Shown: positions 1 through 13,800, counted from the first letter of the stretch. The stretch is DNA of 64,000 nucleotides from Mobula hypostoma (GCF_963921235.1 NC_086108.1:22258001-22322000), one strand, 5' to 3'. Numbers and translations: made by a program. Notes: generated from the sequence alone by a model not told the origin.

Positions 1-584
1 AGAATGTAGACATGTTCGATGCTGAGATCTCTGTCAATCTCATTTTAAGACTGTGGATAGGAAGAGCAGGGAGGATATTCTCACCTTTTTTTTCGCTGCC
101 TTGCATTACCAAGCAATCTGCATACTGCTATCTGGTTGAAAGTTACCTTTGATTAAAGTAATCATAACGTATTACAGATGGGGAAATAATGAGAAAGCTT
201 TAGCTGAAGATGATAGAAATTTTGGTTACGCCCCTGAATGTAAGTAAAGCCAGTTAATTGGTTGATATCTGGTTCAGGACTGTGCTCTGTTATTTTCCAT
301 GAAGTTCAGCTATTTGGTAGAACATTTAATTGGCTTCAGAATAGCATCAATACTCTTTATAGACACTGCTTTTCTGCTGAGTTGTACAAGATTAACATAC
401 AAATTAGTGAAACAGTTTTGAACAGAGGTGGGAACTAATTCATATTGCTGCTCTTTTTCTCAGTGGATTCCTGTGCTTGATTTACTAGTTGTCCAGCTGG
501 TTGCATCTTCCTATTATACAAGTCAAGCCCTGTTTTGTGTTTATGTCTAGTTGCCAATAAATCTCCAGACAATTTTCTTCTCCG

Positions 585-950
585 TTCCCCATTTTGGCTC
601 CCCTCGTACCCCTTCCTTTCCAGCCGCTCATCACCTCCGCCCCCCCGGTGCCACCACTCCTTCCGTTTCTCCCATGGCTTACCCTCCCCTCCTATCATTT
701 TCCATCTTCAGTCTTTCACCTTTCCCACCTCTCACCTCACCCACCCACTTTCCCCCTTGGCTGGCTTCACCTATCACCTTCTAGCTTGTACTCCTTTCTC
801 TTCCCCCACCTTCTTATTCTGGCTTCTGTCCCCTTCCTTTCCAGTCCTGAGGCAGGGTCTCGGCCGAAACGCCGAATGGTTATTTCCCTCCATGAGTTCT
901 TCCATTATTTTGTGTGGGTTGCTCTGGATTTCCAGCATCTGCAGAATCTT
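585..950 (+). mobile_element. Penelope-like element terminal-repeat fragment
   Basis: Pyrimidine-rich tract plus cagtcctga..gggtctcggccgaaac..ttccagcatctgcaga, shared with 46580-47030. Confidence 0.7.
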
Positions 951-1120
951 TTGAGTTCTTGAAAGGATCTTGATTAGAGTTCAGTCAGCAATCATGTTTA
1001 TGCAAAGATTTTATATTTGCAGAGAATGTTCATTGTTATGAGTTGGCACCATTTTGATTAATAACATGTCTGTATTTGGAACTGTGCTAATCATTCTTAG
1101 TTTTATTTCTGTTTCCCTAG

Positions 1121-1225
1121 AACCCATGAATGAAAAATGGAGACAAGATGAGATACCGACAAATGCGCAAGACTTGAATTGCTCCAAGGATCCAAAAGAA
1201 ATTGACATTGAAGAAGAGAATAAAG
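1121..1225 (+). CDS. Internal exon of the TOR1AIP-like gene (EPMNEKWRQDEIPTNAQDLNCSKDPKEIDIEEENK)
   Basis: tttatttctgtttccctag| acceptor, AAG|gtaaaa donor, 105 nt, phase 1-1, open frame, charged low-complexity peptide. Confidence 0.75.
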
Positions 1226-3338
1226 GTAAAATGGAAAGAGCAGGGTTGCTTAATTGCCTGTGTTGGGCCTGATACACTGCTCCCACCACACGCACATGCC
1301 TATCTGTTGTATAATCAAAAATACTCTATTATGGAGTTTGTACTTTGTCATTCCTTACCAGATGCCTGTTCAGTTCTCAACAAAACCCTGCAGAGACACA
1401 TTAAACATTGAGAACTCTTTCAATCTAATTTGAAACCCGAGGTTTTGGAGAATGGGAAGGAAATTTTCTCCCTACGCTTTGCCTTCCTACATGACCAAGT
1501 ATACTTAAAGTTCTGTCTGTTTTTATCTGTGACCAGATTCTATACCATGTTCCCAATATAAATTCCCAATGCGGACACACAGTTTACAGTTAAATCTCTA
1601 AAGTATTCATAGTATATTAAAGAACGGCAAATATTAAATGTGTTTGAGCAGGATAGTGAAAGCCTTTTGTCACTGTGACCTATCTATGGGCTCTAATATT
1701 GATTATCGTGCAGTTCTGTGATTAAGAGCAAGTTTCAGAAAGGCATCAGTATTGTTTATGGGATTATATCATCACTGATAAGTGACAGATTTATCATACT
1801 CAACTATTTAAAGTATGTTGAATGGAATTCGGATTGATTTCCAATCACCTGCTCTTATTCCAGATAGGTTCCTGGGCCTTGTTCATCAAGCTGCTGACAA
1901 ATTGCATCATCGAAGTTTAAATTTTGCTTCCATGTCCAGGGAACCACAGAACTGTAGACGGCTTTCGATTCAGCTGATAGTTCTGTTTATTTGATAACCA
2001 ATCAGCTTCAAGATTCCTTCTGTGGTTTCATAGAAAAATGTTCAGGAGCTAAGATCATTCAACGTGTCGTATGTGAATTGGCCACTAGATTCTGTCCCTT
2101 TTGTTTAAGACAGTTTTACAGTGAATGCCTTGTAGATGTTGTAATAAGTTGCCAACCAATCTTTTTGTCCTTGCTTCCCAATGTTCCCTCTGTGGATTGT
2201 CACAAATTGTGCAGGAAAGGAAATGATACAAAAAGACTTTTAACAGCAAAAATAGTGAGAAGATGCAGATTTGTTTTTCATTTACATGTATTTCAGTAAC
2301 ATTCTCTGTGTTCTCTGTTTTGTGATTGGGCGCCTTGCAACATTCCAAATTCAAAAATGTAACTTGGTAAATTTTTTAAAAGTTTCACCAGGATGTGAAA
2401 ACCTTCAGTTACTTTGCCTGATCTAATCAAAACCTCCTACCCGTTGAAATCCTACACGCACATACTACCTTATAGATTACCTTGTAGTTCCAGATTGGAG
2501 AAGAATTCCAATGGCTTGAGAATCGCATTGGTGGGGACCACTGGATGGCTGATCAGTGAAAAAGAAACATGGACAACTACATCAAGTTTTAGTCTATTCT
2601 GGATCAATACCAATTCCAGTGCATCAACAGATAATGTCCCTCTTGTGTATTGGATTGCTGAATACCTTTAACTCTAAGTTCCAGTCAGCCTTTCAAAGAA
2701 ATGTGAAAGTGAAAGTAAGATTATTATCACACATTAAAGTGAGCTTGCTGTTTGTCTTAGTGCCAGCTAATCTCCCTATTTTATAGACCTTCAACAAGCA
2801 AGCCTTCAACCAGGATTCTTCACTAGGCTTCGATTGTATCCTGAAGAGCAGTCTCACTGAACAGGATCATGTTGCATCAGCGTAGACATTGTCATAAATG
2901 TCTCTAAAACATTGTGGACACAAATTCCAGTCTAGGCAGTGTACATTGCCGAATCAATTGCTAAGATGGAGCCACAGACACAATTACGAAATGACTCCCA
3001 AAAGATATGTGTAGCTTGGCAACTTATAAACATTATTGTTCTTTTTGGCATTGGCAGGTATGCACTTGAATATTGCCAATTTGTAAGTCAGCAATGACAT
3101 CACATTCAGAATAATTTATGACTTGTAATAGCAAATTGCATAAATCTTGCCACACTTTGTAGTGCAACGGTTCATATAGCCTTACAAACAAAAAAATCAT
3201 CCTTTCTGCCTTTAGACCAGGAATTTGAAGCTGCAGACTCTTTGTTTTATTGAAAAATCATGATCATAATCATAAAACTTCTCAATATTTGGAATATTCA
3301 CTGATTTTTCTTGCCTTTATTTATTCTGGTTCTCTCAG

Positions 3339-3443
3339 AAGCCACTCCTGAAGACCACAGTGACAAGAAGCCAGTAAGAGATGTGGAAAGTTCACAATGT
3401 GCTAAGAAGCCAGACCAAACACAGAATGAAAGGGCAAATACAG
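3339..3443 (+). CDS. Internal exon of the TOR1AIP-like gene (EATPEDHSDKKPVRDVESSQCAKKPDQTQNERANT)
   Basis: ttctctcag| acceptor, CAG|gtaaaa donor, 105 nt, phase 1-1, open. Confidence 0.75.
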
Positions 3444-4768
3444 GTAAAATAGAGAGAATTTGCAGAGGCATTCTTCTGTTGAGCCTGTTGTATTCACAAC
3501 AATTCATTTCTCATTGAATTAAAAATGCTCCGTTTTAGATTACACACCATTTGGTAAGCACAGTTCTCACTGGAAGAACTATTTGCCATCCCGTGTGAAT
3601 AGGTAATTAAGGTCAACATATTCTGTTCTTGATCAGATGTCTTTCAGTTTTAACAATGCAAGAATGTGGTATAGAATTTACTGAGAAATCTCCGAGGTCT
3701 TTAGAATGATAGGCAAGTTTCAGCAGATAAGAATGAGTCTTCAGTCACAAATTCTAATGCTATCTATGACCTGTTAACCTGTCAATACAAGTGCTGTACA
3801 CTTGGCTTCAGTTGTCCTTTTGTTTAAGCCAGTCTAAAATTAATACCTTGCAGCAAATACATTCTAAACAATATTAAAGTTTGTCAGCTATCTGCTAGTC
3901 TTTGCTTCTCCAATGTCCTCTGAATGGATTATCACAAACACTGTCAAATTGCCCCAGCTCTGAGCAATGCAGCCTTCTTAAAATTGGAAGAGATCCTCAG
4001 AGTAGATTCGCCTTAAAGAAAATCATATCAGTAAAGAGTCAAACAATCTCCCTAAAATTGTAGCACTTATTTGGCAATGAATTAGAACTATCCTAAACAG
4101 TCCTGAGGAACAATGCTATCAAGCCACACAAATTCTTTAAATAAAATTATTGAGTAAGGGTCATAAAATGTGTCCTGGACTTCGTGATTTGATCTACAAG
4201 GCTCATACAGCCTCAGAAACTTATCTTTTCAAGTGGCAAGAAGTACGAAGAGTTCAATAATGAAGGATGCTAATTAAAGATGAATAAATAAAGGATAAGT
4301 ACAAAGGGTGATATAGTGGATGATGGTGGAGGAGGAGGACTGAAAAAAATTGGATGCCAAATGGAGGCAGATTTGTATATTGCAGGTTTGAGTTAGATTG
4401 ATCTGTGCTGCTTTGAAATATCCGGAGCACTTGGAGATTTGTTATAAAAAGAGAACACCACTGTCTCCAAATTATTCCCTTGTCTGCATTGTATATATTG
4501 ACTGTGGCCCTCATTGTTACGGAATCTACTTCCTCAACACCCTAATAAAGCACTAGAGAACTTGTGCCGTATTGATTCTAGTGGTTTCCTATCTCTTCCA
4601 TGTGGACAATTAGGAACAGACAATAAATGCAAGTTCATGTGAATGTCTAAACAGAAAAATGTGTAACTTATCTGAAAGTAGTTGATCAGATTGCAGCATC
4701 AGTTTTTTTTATTGTGTGCAGATCTCTACACGAGTTGAGGACCGGAAAACTGCATGGTTAGAATTAAC

Positions 4769-5206
4769 AAGAATTGGGCATTGATTTCTTGACCTTCCAG
4801 AAATTGACCCCCCCAACTCCCCTTCTCTATTCCCCATTCCCATTTCCCTCCCTCAACTTATCCTTTTACCATCCTATCACCTCCCTCTGGTGCCTCTCCT
4901 CCCTCGCTTTCTTCCATGGTATTCTGTCCTCTGATATCAGATTCCCCCTTCTCCAGCCCTTTATCTCTTTCACCAGTCGAATTCCAAGCTCTTTATTCCA
5001 CCCTTCCCCCTCTCCCGGTTTCATCTATCACCTACTACCTTGTACTTCCTCCCTTCCCCCCAACCTCTTACTCTGTCTGACTTCTCATCTCTCTTTTTAC
5101 CAATCACCATGAAGGGTGTTGGCCCAAAAGCTCGACTATTTAGTCTTTTCCATAGATGTTGCCTGGCCTGCTGAGTTCCTCTCGCATTTTGTGTGTATTA
5201 CTTTGA
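4769..5206 (+). mobile_element. Penelope-like terminal-repeat fragment with 11-bp target-site duplication
   Basis: Same repeat family; TTAGAATTAAC at 4758-4768 and 5207-5217. Confidence 0.75.
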
Positions 5207-5248
5207 TTAGAATTAACCTTGCCTGGTAATTTTGTTCTTTTCATTCAG

Positions 5249-5347
5249 AATCCTGGAATGAAAAATGGAAACATGCCAAGAGTTCAATAGAAAGTGTGCC
5301 AAAGTCACATCTTACTGAAGAAGCCAACAAACATCAAAGTGATGGAG
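5249..5347 (+). CDS. Internal exon of the TOR1AIP-like gene (ESWNEKWKHAKSSIESVPKSHLTEEANKHQSDG)
   Basis: ttcttttcattcag| acceptor, GAG|gtaaaa donor, 99 nt, phase 1-1; splices in frame to 6870. Confidence 0.78.
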
Positions 5348-6159
5348 GTAAAAACAATATGGAAATACATCTGTTTTTAAGGATTATTTGGAATTTAGAG
5401 AGATTTGATGTCTGATTTACCAAGTTCCAATTAGGAAAAAGTAGCAAAAGCTAAAAGAGAGGGGAGCTGAATCTATCTTCTTAGACCTTTGGCTGCTGCC
5501 ATTGTGGTTGACCTTTATCTGGCTTCTGAAATAACTCAGCAATGAGGGATGGGTAATATCTAGATAGAAATGGTTCAATCAGGAGTACTCCCAGAACACA
5601 CAGTGCAGTAATTCAAGGAGAATGTAATGCCACTTTCTCAAGTAAAGGTGGGATGCCTAATTAATGCTGCCTTGGCCATCACCCTCACTTCCCAAGAACC
5701 ATGTAGCTCGTCCTTCCTTCTTCCTGTGGTGCACTATGGCTGTTCTGCACACTATCTACTAAATACACTGTCGTTTCTGTGATATCGCTTCCAAAATTCC
5801 CAACCTGGAAAGACGAGCAAAGGCTGCATGGGAGTGGCACCGGTTAAAGTCACATGGATTCCAGAATTGAGGAATATATGACTCTTCCTTCATCAGTGGG
5901 TCTAAATATCACTACGTGGACTTCGGCCGTAACAGAGATAGCTTATCGCCATATTTATGAATGCAATTAGAAAAGCTAAATAAATTCCAGCCTTGTCCAG
6001 AATACCTACATAAAGGATGAGTTTGAATGGCAAATAAAGGGAAAGGACCAACAAGGATTTAAAGGAGAAAGCTATCTACTGCAGTAAGGTGTAATTACTT
6101 GTCTAGAATGCTGGAGGTGAATGGGCTGTTTTTAAGTTCAGTATTTTTGTAATTGCCTA

Positions 6160-6560
6160 CAGCCTAAATGGACTTTGAAGCCTTGGACACTACCTCATTT
6201 TTTTTTAATATACAGTATTTAATTTTTGCACGTTTTTAATCGATTCAATATATGTATACTGTAATTGGTTTATTTATTATTATTTTATTTTAATTATTAT
6301 TTTTTCTCTCTTCTATATTATGTATTGCATTGATCTGCTGCTGCCAAGTTAACAAATTTCATGTCACGTGTCGGTGATAAGAAATAACCATATAACAATT
6401 ACAGCACGAAACAGGCCATCTCGGCCCTCGTAGTCCGTGCCGAACGCTTACTCTCACCTAATCTCATCTACCTGCACTCAGTCCATAACCCTCCATTCCT
6501 TTCCTGTCCATATACTTGTCCAATATTTTTTTTAAATGACAAAATCGAACCTGCCTCTGA
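6160..6560. repeat. Adjacent LINE 3'-end fragments (Rex1-like +, CR1-like -)
   Basis: Matches the reverse complement of 32410-32640, and CR1 3' ends such as 16527-16690. Confidence 0.55.
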
Positions 6561-6869
6561 TGCTGATTCATTAGATGTTACACTCTGGGAATAGTTTTCC
6601 AACATACAAATACCCCAATTAAACTCTGCAATATGTTTGCATCTATTGTGTAATGTAGACCTTCTGAACACCTTGATACAATAAAATATTTATTAGTGTT
6701 GTTTTTATGTTTGAAATATTTTTGTGCTTGACTATTTAACTTACTGTATATGACAGAACTAGCTCTGTTTTTTTTAGTTTGCAACTTCGCACTACATTTT
6801 GAGTTGTTGCTATTGTGTTAATATTATCCCGGGTACCTGCATATCTTCACAATTTCCATCTTTTTAAAG

Positions 6870-7642
6870 GGAAACAATCCGATTTTGGTTTTGTCTGGAT
6901 AGGAGTCCTCGTGGTGCCTCTTTTCGCCTACTTTCTGATGAATTTTCAAAGCAGTCAGGAACCTGCAGATGATAAACTACTCCACGTGTTCTTGAATAAT
7001 TTTGAGCAAGTTCAGAGGGGTTTTCCTAATCAGGAAGAACAGTTATGGAACAGAAGCAGGATAATGTTGCAGAAACAAGTTATCAAGACCGTGCACTCTG
7101 AACCATCCATCTTAATGTTTGCAGCTGCCTGGGATGCAGAGGAAACCATGCGGTGCCTCACAAGTCGGATAGCTGGAGCTTATGCCTTGTCCTTCAGTTC
7201 CAGGATTCTGGAAATTGATGGAACTGATAAAAAATTTCTAAACAGTGACCAAGCAAAGTTGGATCTTGACAATCAGTTGTCATCGGGCTTCAGAGAAGGC
7301 AGAAAGTCAGCCATTATTCATCATTTCCAGGAGCTCCCGCCTGCTTCTACACTTCTGTTTTACAAGTACTGTGATCATGAAAATGCAGCCTTCAAGGATG
7401 TCTCGTTACTGATCACAGTTTTAGTCGATAAGCCCAGACTAGATCCACACTTGAGCCTTGATGCTCTTCAAGAGACAGTTCATGATTTCCTCATAATGAA
7501 ATTCAACGTCTCGAGTGAAAGTGGACAATACGATGTTCTGGATGTTGACAAGTTCAGTGGGTTGTGGAGTCGTATAGCTCACGCCATTTTGCCTGTTCGG
7601 CCCGAAAGGGAAATTGAAGAAAACGGCTGTAAGCAAGAATAA
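6870..7642 (+). CDS. TOR1AIP1/TOR1AIP2: Terminal coding exon of a torsin-1A-interacting protein (LAP1/LULL1 family): TM helix plus luminal AAA+-like activator domain
   Basis: ORF 6815..7642. Acceptor tccatctttttaaag| at 6869 (phase 1), hydrophobic FGFVWIGVLVVPLFAYFLM, family motifs FYKYCDHENAAFKDV and DKFSGLWSRIAHAILPV (arginine-finger region), C-terminal GC. Which paralog cannot be resolved by eye. Confidence 0.93.
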
Positions 7643-7800
7643 AAATGACTTCAAAAAATTTAAATGTTGACTGGGTTTGTGAGAAACTATGTGCACAGGG
7701 AACTAATAAGTAGGAAGTTCAGTTTGTATATGAAATATTCAACTTCTGATTTGATGAATTTTGATCAAATATTTCACCTGAAATTGGTGTATTTTTGCTT

Positions 7801-7806
7801 AATAAA
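7801..7806 (+). promoter_or_regulatory. Candidate polyadenylation signal in the TOR1AIP-like 3' UTR
   Basis: AATAAA about 160 nt after the stop in an AT-rich UTR. Confidence 0.35.
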
Positions 7807-8009
7807 TTGGCTGGATTGCTACATGTTTTAGTAGGCTTTGTGCATAGTTCTCTTTATTTATCATTAATGAACCAATCAACCGCTGAAGAATATTTTTGCA
7901 ACTGCATTAATGTTTTATGGAATTTTATGACAATTTACATTTTTTCAAATACCAATTTCCTATGACATTGAGTTAAATCAGAATAAGTTTTTAAAAAATG
8001 GAATTAGTG

Positions 8010-8470
8010 AGTTGTGGCCAAGAAAGGTTCCCTGAGTCGATCTGTGGAAGTTCCTACACAAGAGGATGCAATTCTGGATCTCCTCTTGGGGACCGAGTCC
8101 GGGCAAGCAACTGTGGTGGCAGTCAGAGAACTTCCTGGCTCCAGTGACCTCGATTCTATTAGTTTTAAGATAGTAATGAAAAAGGACAGGGAAGTTCCAT
8201 GAGTTAGGGCCCTAAACTGGAGCAGGACAAATTTTGGGAGAAACTAGATAGGATCTAGCATTTTAGATTAGGTGAGCCTATTTGAAGGGAAAGGAATGAA
8301 TGGCAAGTGAAAAGTGTGATAGCGAGAGTCCAGGAACAGCATTTTCCTGTTAGGATGAAGGGTAAACCTGGCAAGTTTAGGGAATCCTGGCTGATGAAAG
8401 GCATTGAGGCACTGGTCAAGATAAAGGAAGTATACTTTGGGTTTCGGAGTTTGGGATTGAGCAGATCCAT
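8010..8470 (+). mobile_element. Old CR1 LINE ORF2 fragment (end of endonuclease)
   Basis: PTQEDAILDLLL...GSSD motif; degraded. Confidence 0.65.
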
Positions 8471-10118
8471 GAGACCATAAAAAAAGACGAGCAGTATTAG
8501 GCCAATTTGGCCCATTGAGTCTGCTCTGCCATTCCATCAAGGCTGATTTATTATCCCCTTCAATCCCGTTCTCCTGCCTTCCCCCCCATAACTTTTGACA
8601 CCCATAATAATTAAAAACTTATCAACCTCTGCTTTAAATGTACCCAATGATTTATCCTCCACAGCTGTATTTGGTAATAAATTTCACAGATTCACCATCC
8701 TCTAGCTAAAGAAATTCCTCCTCATCTCTGTTCTAAATAGATGTCATTCTATTCCAAGGCTGTGTCCCATGGTCCTGGACTTCCCCCACTATAGGAAACA
8801 CCCTCTCCACGTCCACTCTATCTGAGTCTTTCAATATTCAATAGGTTTCAATGAGATCCACCCTCTTTCTTCTAAACTCATTTCCAAGATTATTCTGGTG
8901 GACTGTTTCCAATGCCAGCACATCCTTCCACAGATAAGTGGCATAAAGCTACTCACAATACTCCTAGTGTGATCTGACCAATGCCGTAAAGCACCCTTGC
9001 TTTTGTAATCCAATCCCTTCAAAATGAATGCTAACATTGCATTTGCCTTCCTTACCACCAACTCAACATGCAAGTTAACTTTTAGGGAATCCTGCACAAG
9101 GATTCCCAAGTTCTTATGCACCTCTGATTTCTGAATTTTCTTCACGTTTAGAAAATAGTCTACACTTTATTCTTATCACCAAATTGCATGATCATACACT
9201 TCCCTGCACGATATTACATCTGCCATTTCTTTGCCCATTCTCCGAAGCTGTCATTCTGCAGGCTCTCTGCTTCCTTAACACTATCTGCCCCTACAGCTGT
9301 CTTTGCATCATCCACAACTTGGCCACAGAGCCATCAATTCCATCATCCAAATCATTGACAGATAATGTAAATAGAAGCAGTCCCAACACTGAGCCCTGCG
9401 AAATCACTAGTCAACAGCAGCCAACCAAAAAAGCCCCCTTTATTCCTACTTTCTGCCTTCTGCCAGTCAGTCAATCTTCTAACCATGCTAGTATCTTCCT
9501 GTAATACCATGGGTTCTAATTTTGTTAAGCAACCCCATGTGCAGCACTTGTCAAAGGCCTTCCTAAACTCCAAGAGAACAACATTCACTGACTCTCTTTC
9601 GTCTGTTCTAGGTGTTATTTCCTCAAAAAATTCCAACAGATTTGTCAGGTAAGATTTATTCTTAAGGAAACCATGCTGAATTTGGCCTATTTTATCGTGT
9701 GCCTCCAAGTACCTCAAAACTTCATTCTTAATAATGGAATCCAACATCTTCCCACCCACTGAAGTTAGGTTAACTGGCTTATAATTTCCTGCATTTTGCC
9801 TCTTTCTCTTCTTAAAGAGTGGAGTGACAATTGCAATTTTCCAGTCTTTTGGAAAACATTCCAGAATCTATTGATTCTTGAAAGATCACTGCTAATGCCT
9901 TCATAATCTCTTTAGCTACCTCTTTGTAGCCCATCTGGTCCAGGTGACCAATCAACCTTCAAACCTTTCGGTTTCCCAAGCTCCTTCTCCTTCGTAATAG
10001 TGATTACACTCACTTCTGGTATAGAGCTGGTATTTTCCATGGTGAACTTTATCTGCCATTTCTTTGTCCTCTAGTAGCCTGATATCCACTCTTGTCTTCT
10101 TTTTTCTTTGTGTATCTC
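8470..10118 (-). mobile_element. Degraded CR1 LINE ORF2 3' part; resumes at 19980-20075 after the ERV
   Basis: RT remnants (QHGF, LTNLLEFFEE, FRKAFDK); continuation aligns with the uninterrupted CR1 at 21840-21960. Confidence 0.85.
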
Positions 10119-10552
10119 TATATTATGAAGGGTTAACTTAGTGGCCAATCAAAAGCTGCTTCCACTGTGCCAGTCGCTGTTAGGCCCATTGGAAGGATGG
10201 GCCACCTCTCTGCCATTTGCGGGTCACAGCCCCGGCTTCTGGTTTTGAGCATCCCAGGGGTATGCGAATAGTGTGCACAAGACAGTCTGTCTCTTAGCTA
10301 GGGACTCCGTTCAGTCTGGGTCATGACCAGGGTTGAAGAACCATTGGGAAGGTGTGCTACAGATAGGAGGGCTATGCACACATTTAGCTAAATACCTCTT
10401 TGTTGAAAGTTTAGTGTCATAGGTTTGTAACTTGGGACTTAACAAAGTACCGGTTTGAGTTAGAAGTGTTATTGAATGTTTAGAGTCATAATTTTCTAAC
10501 CTTGGGAGGGGGGTGCTTAGATAAGGACTTGTTTCACTTAGGTGCTTGGTTG
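10119..10552 (+). repeat. 5' LTR (3'-truncated)
   Basis: Colinear, diverged match to 19471-19887 (tgaagggttaactta, aagctgcttcc.ctgtgccagtc, gtaacttgggacttaa). Confidence 0.82.
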
Positions 10553-10599
10553 ATGGGGAATTTGGGTGTCTCACCAACCTACTGCTGGACTACAGGACG

Positions 10600-10836
10600 C
10601 CCATAGAGTGGTGAGATAAATGGAACTCATGTGGGGTGAAAATGGGACACCACATCATGTCTGTACTTGATAAGGCAGGGCTCCCCAAGAGGAAGGGGAG
10701 CCAGAGGGATGTTTTCTGACTGCTGGCTGCAGGAGTGAAGCAGCAGCTGGAGATAATCTCAAAAAAGGAGAAAGAGATACATAGTTTGAAGAATAAGATA
10801 GAATCGATAAACATAGAAGACCTGCAGCATAACCAG
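10600..10836 (+). pseudogene. ERV gag remnant, N-terminal part
   Basis: F*LLAAGVKQQLEIISKKEKEIHSLKNKIE coiled-coil-like segment; continues in register after 16928. Confidence 0.6.
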
Positions 10837-13800
10837 GATCAGATGGATATACGGCAGAGCGGTATAAAGAGTTTAGAAGTGAGTTAATTCCTGTTTTACT
10901 CCCCACACTGAACTGGGCTCCAAGAAGGGCGCAAATGCCACCCAGCTGGAAGGAGGCGATAATCTCAGCTATACCGAAAGAAGGCAAGGAGAAAATGGAA
11001 TGTGGGTCATTTAGACCAATATCTGTTCTTAATGTGGATTATAGAATATTTACCTCCATCATGGCCAAACCATTAGAAGAGTTTCTACCTACACTGATAC
11101 ATAATGATCAGACAGGTTTTATACAACAACACCAAACACAAGACAATATACGAAGGACACTTCACATTATCGATCATATAAAACAAATGAAATTGAAGCA
11201 ATAGTGATAAGTGTGGATGCTGAAAAGGCATTTGATTCGGTTAATAGGAATTTTCTTTACAGAGTTTTACATAGATTTGGTCTACATGACACAATTATTA
11301 AAACTATACAGGCACTATATGACAAGCCTACTGCAAGGATTAAAATCGATGGATATTTATCTAATAGTTTTACCCTAGAAAGGGGCATGAGACAGGGTTG
11401 TGCATGGTCACCACTACTCTTCGCATTATATCTGGAACCGTTAGCTCAATACATCAGACAAAACGAAGATATCAGGGGAATTGCTATTAAAGGGTCAGAG
11501 CATAAATTGGCCTGTTACGTGGATGACATTTTGATCTATCTAGGGCAACCAACATACTCTACCTAAGTTGATGCAATCCTTTGAACAATATGGCCAATTA
11601 TCAGGATGCAAGATCAACATAGATAAAACACAACTACTTTAATATAACTAGCCCACCAAGAGAAATTGAAAGTAGATATCATTGGGCATGGCAAACAGAG
11701 TCCGTCAAATATTTGGGCATCATTATGCCAAAAGATTTGGCAAAATTATCAGAATGCAATTTTCAGCCTATATATATACAAAAAAAAGGAAGATATTAAC
11801 AAGGTGGAACCTAATTCCTTTTCTTGGTCTCAGTTCAAGGATTGAATCTATTAAAATGAATATGCTGCCCAGACTACTATATCTCTGTTAGACACTACCA
11901 ATGGAGATCAATTCAATGAATGGAACAAGATGGTATCAAGATATATATGGCAAGGTAAAAGGCCTAGGGTTCGTCTCAAAACTCTGTAGTTAGCCAAGGA
12001 AAGGGGGGGATGGGGCCTACCTTCTCTTAGAGATTATTATTTTGCAGCACAGTTGAGAGCTGTGATATGCTGGTGCAACCCATCATATGATGCTCAATGG
12101 AAAAACATTGAGGAGAGGATACTTTCCATCCCCATACAGGCAATTTTGGCTGATAATAACCTACAAAGTTACATAAATAATATTGACAGCCCGTGGGTGA
12201 AATGGACTCTTAAAACATGGAAACTATTATAAAAGAATATAAACTAGAGAGAGACATTGCAATTCTTAAATGGTGTGCATATGACTCGGATTTTATGCCG
12301 AATAAATTGGATGCTAGATTTAAGGACTGGACAGCTAAAGGAATAACAGTTATTTGCAATATTAGGAAAAGAACACTGTTCAGTTTTGAAATGCTCAAAG
12401 AGAAACACTTATTAGAAAAAGAAGACTTTTACCGGTATTTACAGATGCGACAGTATGTTAATAGGACGGTTAAAAATGTAACCAAGGCAAGTACATGTCT
12501 GATAGAGCTATTTAGAAAAGCATATAATTTAGACAACGGTAGTAGAATAATTTCAAAGATTCAAAGATTCAAAAAACTTTATTGTCATTCTAACCATACA
12601 TCAGCTCTGCAGGGCAGAATGAGACAGCGTTTCTCAGGAGCAGTGCAATCATAACATAACAAAGGCAACACTGAATAATAAACATAACAATAAATAGTAA
12701 AACACAACAGCCACATGTCAGTTAAAATCAAGTTATTAGTGTCCAGTGCAAGTTAAAAGTGTCTAAGCAGAGTCAGGTAGAGCAGCTATTTAGCAGTCTG
12801 ACTGCCTGTGGGAGGAAGCTGTTTAGTAGCCTTGTGGTTTTAGTTTTGATGCTCCTGTAATGTTTGCCTGATGGCAGAAGAACAAACAGTTCATGGAGAG
12901 GGTGTGAGGGGTCTTTAATGATGTACCGTGTCTTCTGGAGGCATCGACTCTGAAAGAGGTCTTGGACAGAAGGTAAGGAGACCCCAGTAAGCTTCTCTGC
13001 TCCCCTAACCACCATCTGCAAGGCTTTTTTGTCGACAGCGCTGCAGCTGGAGTACCAGGTTGTGATGCAAAAGGTCAGCACTCTCTCAACCACGCCTCTG
13101 TAGAATGTAGTTAAGATGTTAGTGGGGAGTGATGCTTGTTTAAGCTTCCTCAGAAAGTGCAATCTCTGCTGGGCCCGTTTCACAATCCCAGTGGTGTTCC
13201 TGGACCAGGTGAGATTATCTGAGATCTGCACTTCAAGGGACTTAATGTTTTCCACTCTCTCCACTGTGGAGCCGCTGATGCTGAGGCGTGTGTGCTCAGG
13301 CTGAGACAGTCTGAAATCGACGATCATCTCCTTGGTTTTGGTGACATTAAGCATCAAGTTGTTATCCCTGCACCAGCTCTCTAGGTGTTTGACCTCCTCC
13401 CTGTACATTGTCTCATCATTTTTGCTGATGAGCCCCACTACTGTGGTATCATCTGCAAATTTAATGATCAGGTTCTCCTTGAATCTGGCTGCACAGTCAT
13501 GTGTTAGCAGTGTAAACAGCAATGGGCTAAGCACACAGCCTTGTGGGGATCCGGTGCTCAGTGTGATGGAGTCAGAGATGTTCTTGCCAACACAGACTGA
13601 CTGTCTGTCAAGAAATCCAGAATCCAGCGACACATGGCAGTGCTAAGGCCAAGCAGCGACAGTTTCTTCACTAGTCTCTGAGGGATGATGGTATTGAACT
13701 CTGAACTGAAATCAATGTACAGGATTCTGGCATAAGTGTCTTTGTTGTTCAAGTGAAAGAGAACTATGTGCAGTGTGGTGGATATTGCGTCCTCCGTAGA

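Noticed and set aside
435..962. Pro/Ser/Phe-rich ORFs (also 4774-5112, 46580-47165)
   Set aside because: Translations of the pyrimidine-rich Penelope terminal repeat
1620..3260. Coding-like intronic sequence with short ORFs
   Set aside because: Many stops in all frames, no recognisable domain, no consistent splice signals
6815..6869. N-terminus of the 275-aa ORF as a real start
   Set aside because: Non-AUG start in intronic pyrimidine-rich sequence upstream of the 6870 acceptor
10105..10125. ERV target-site duplication (gtatc vs gtaac at 19980)
   Set aside because: Imperfect and offset by 2 nt; too weak to call
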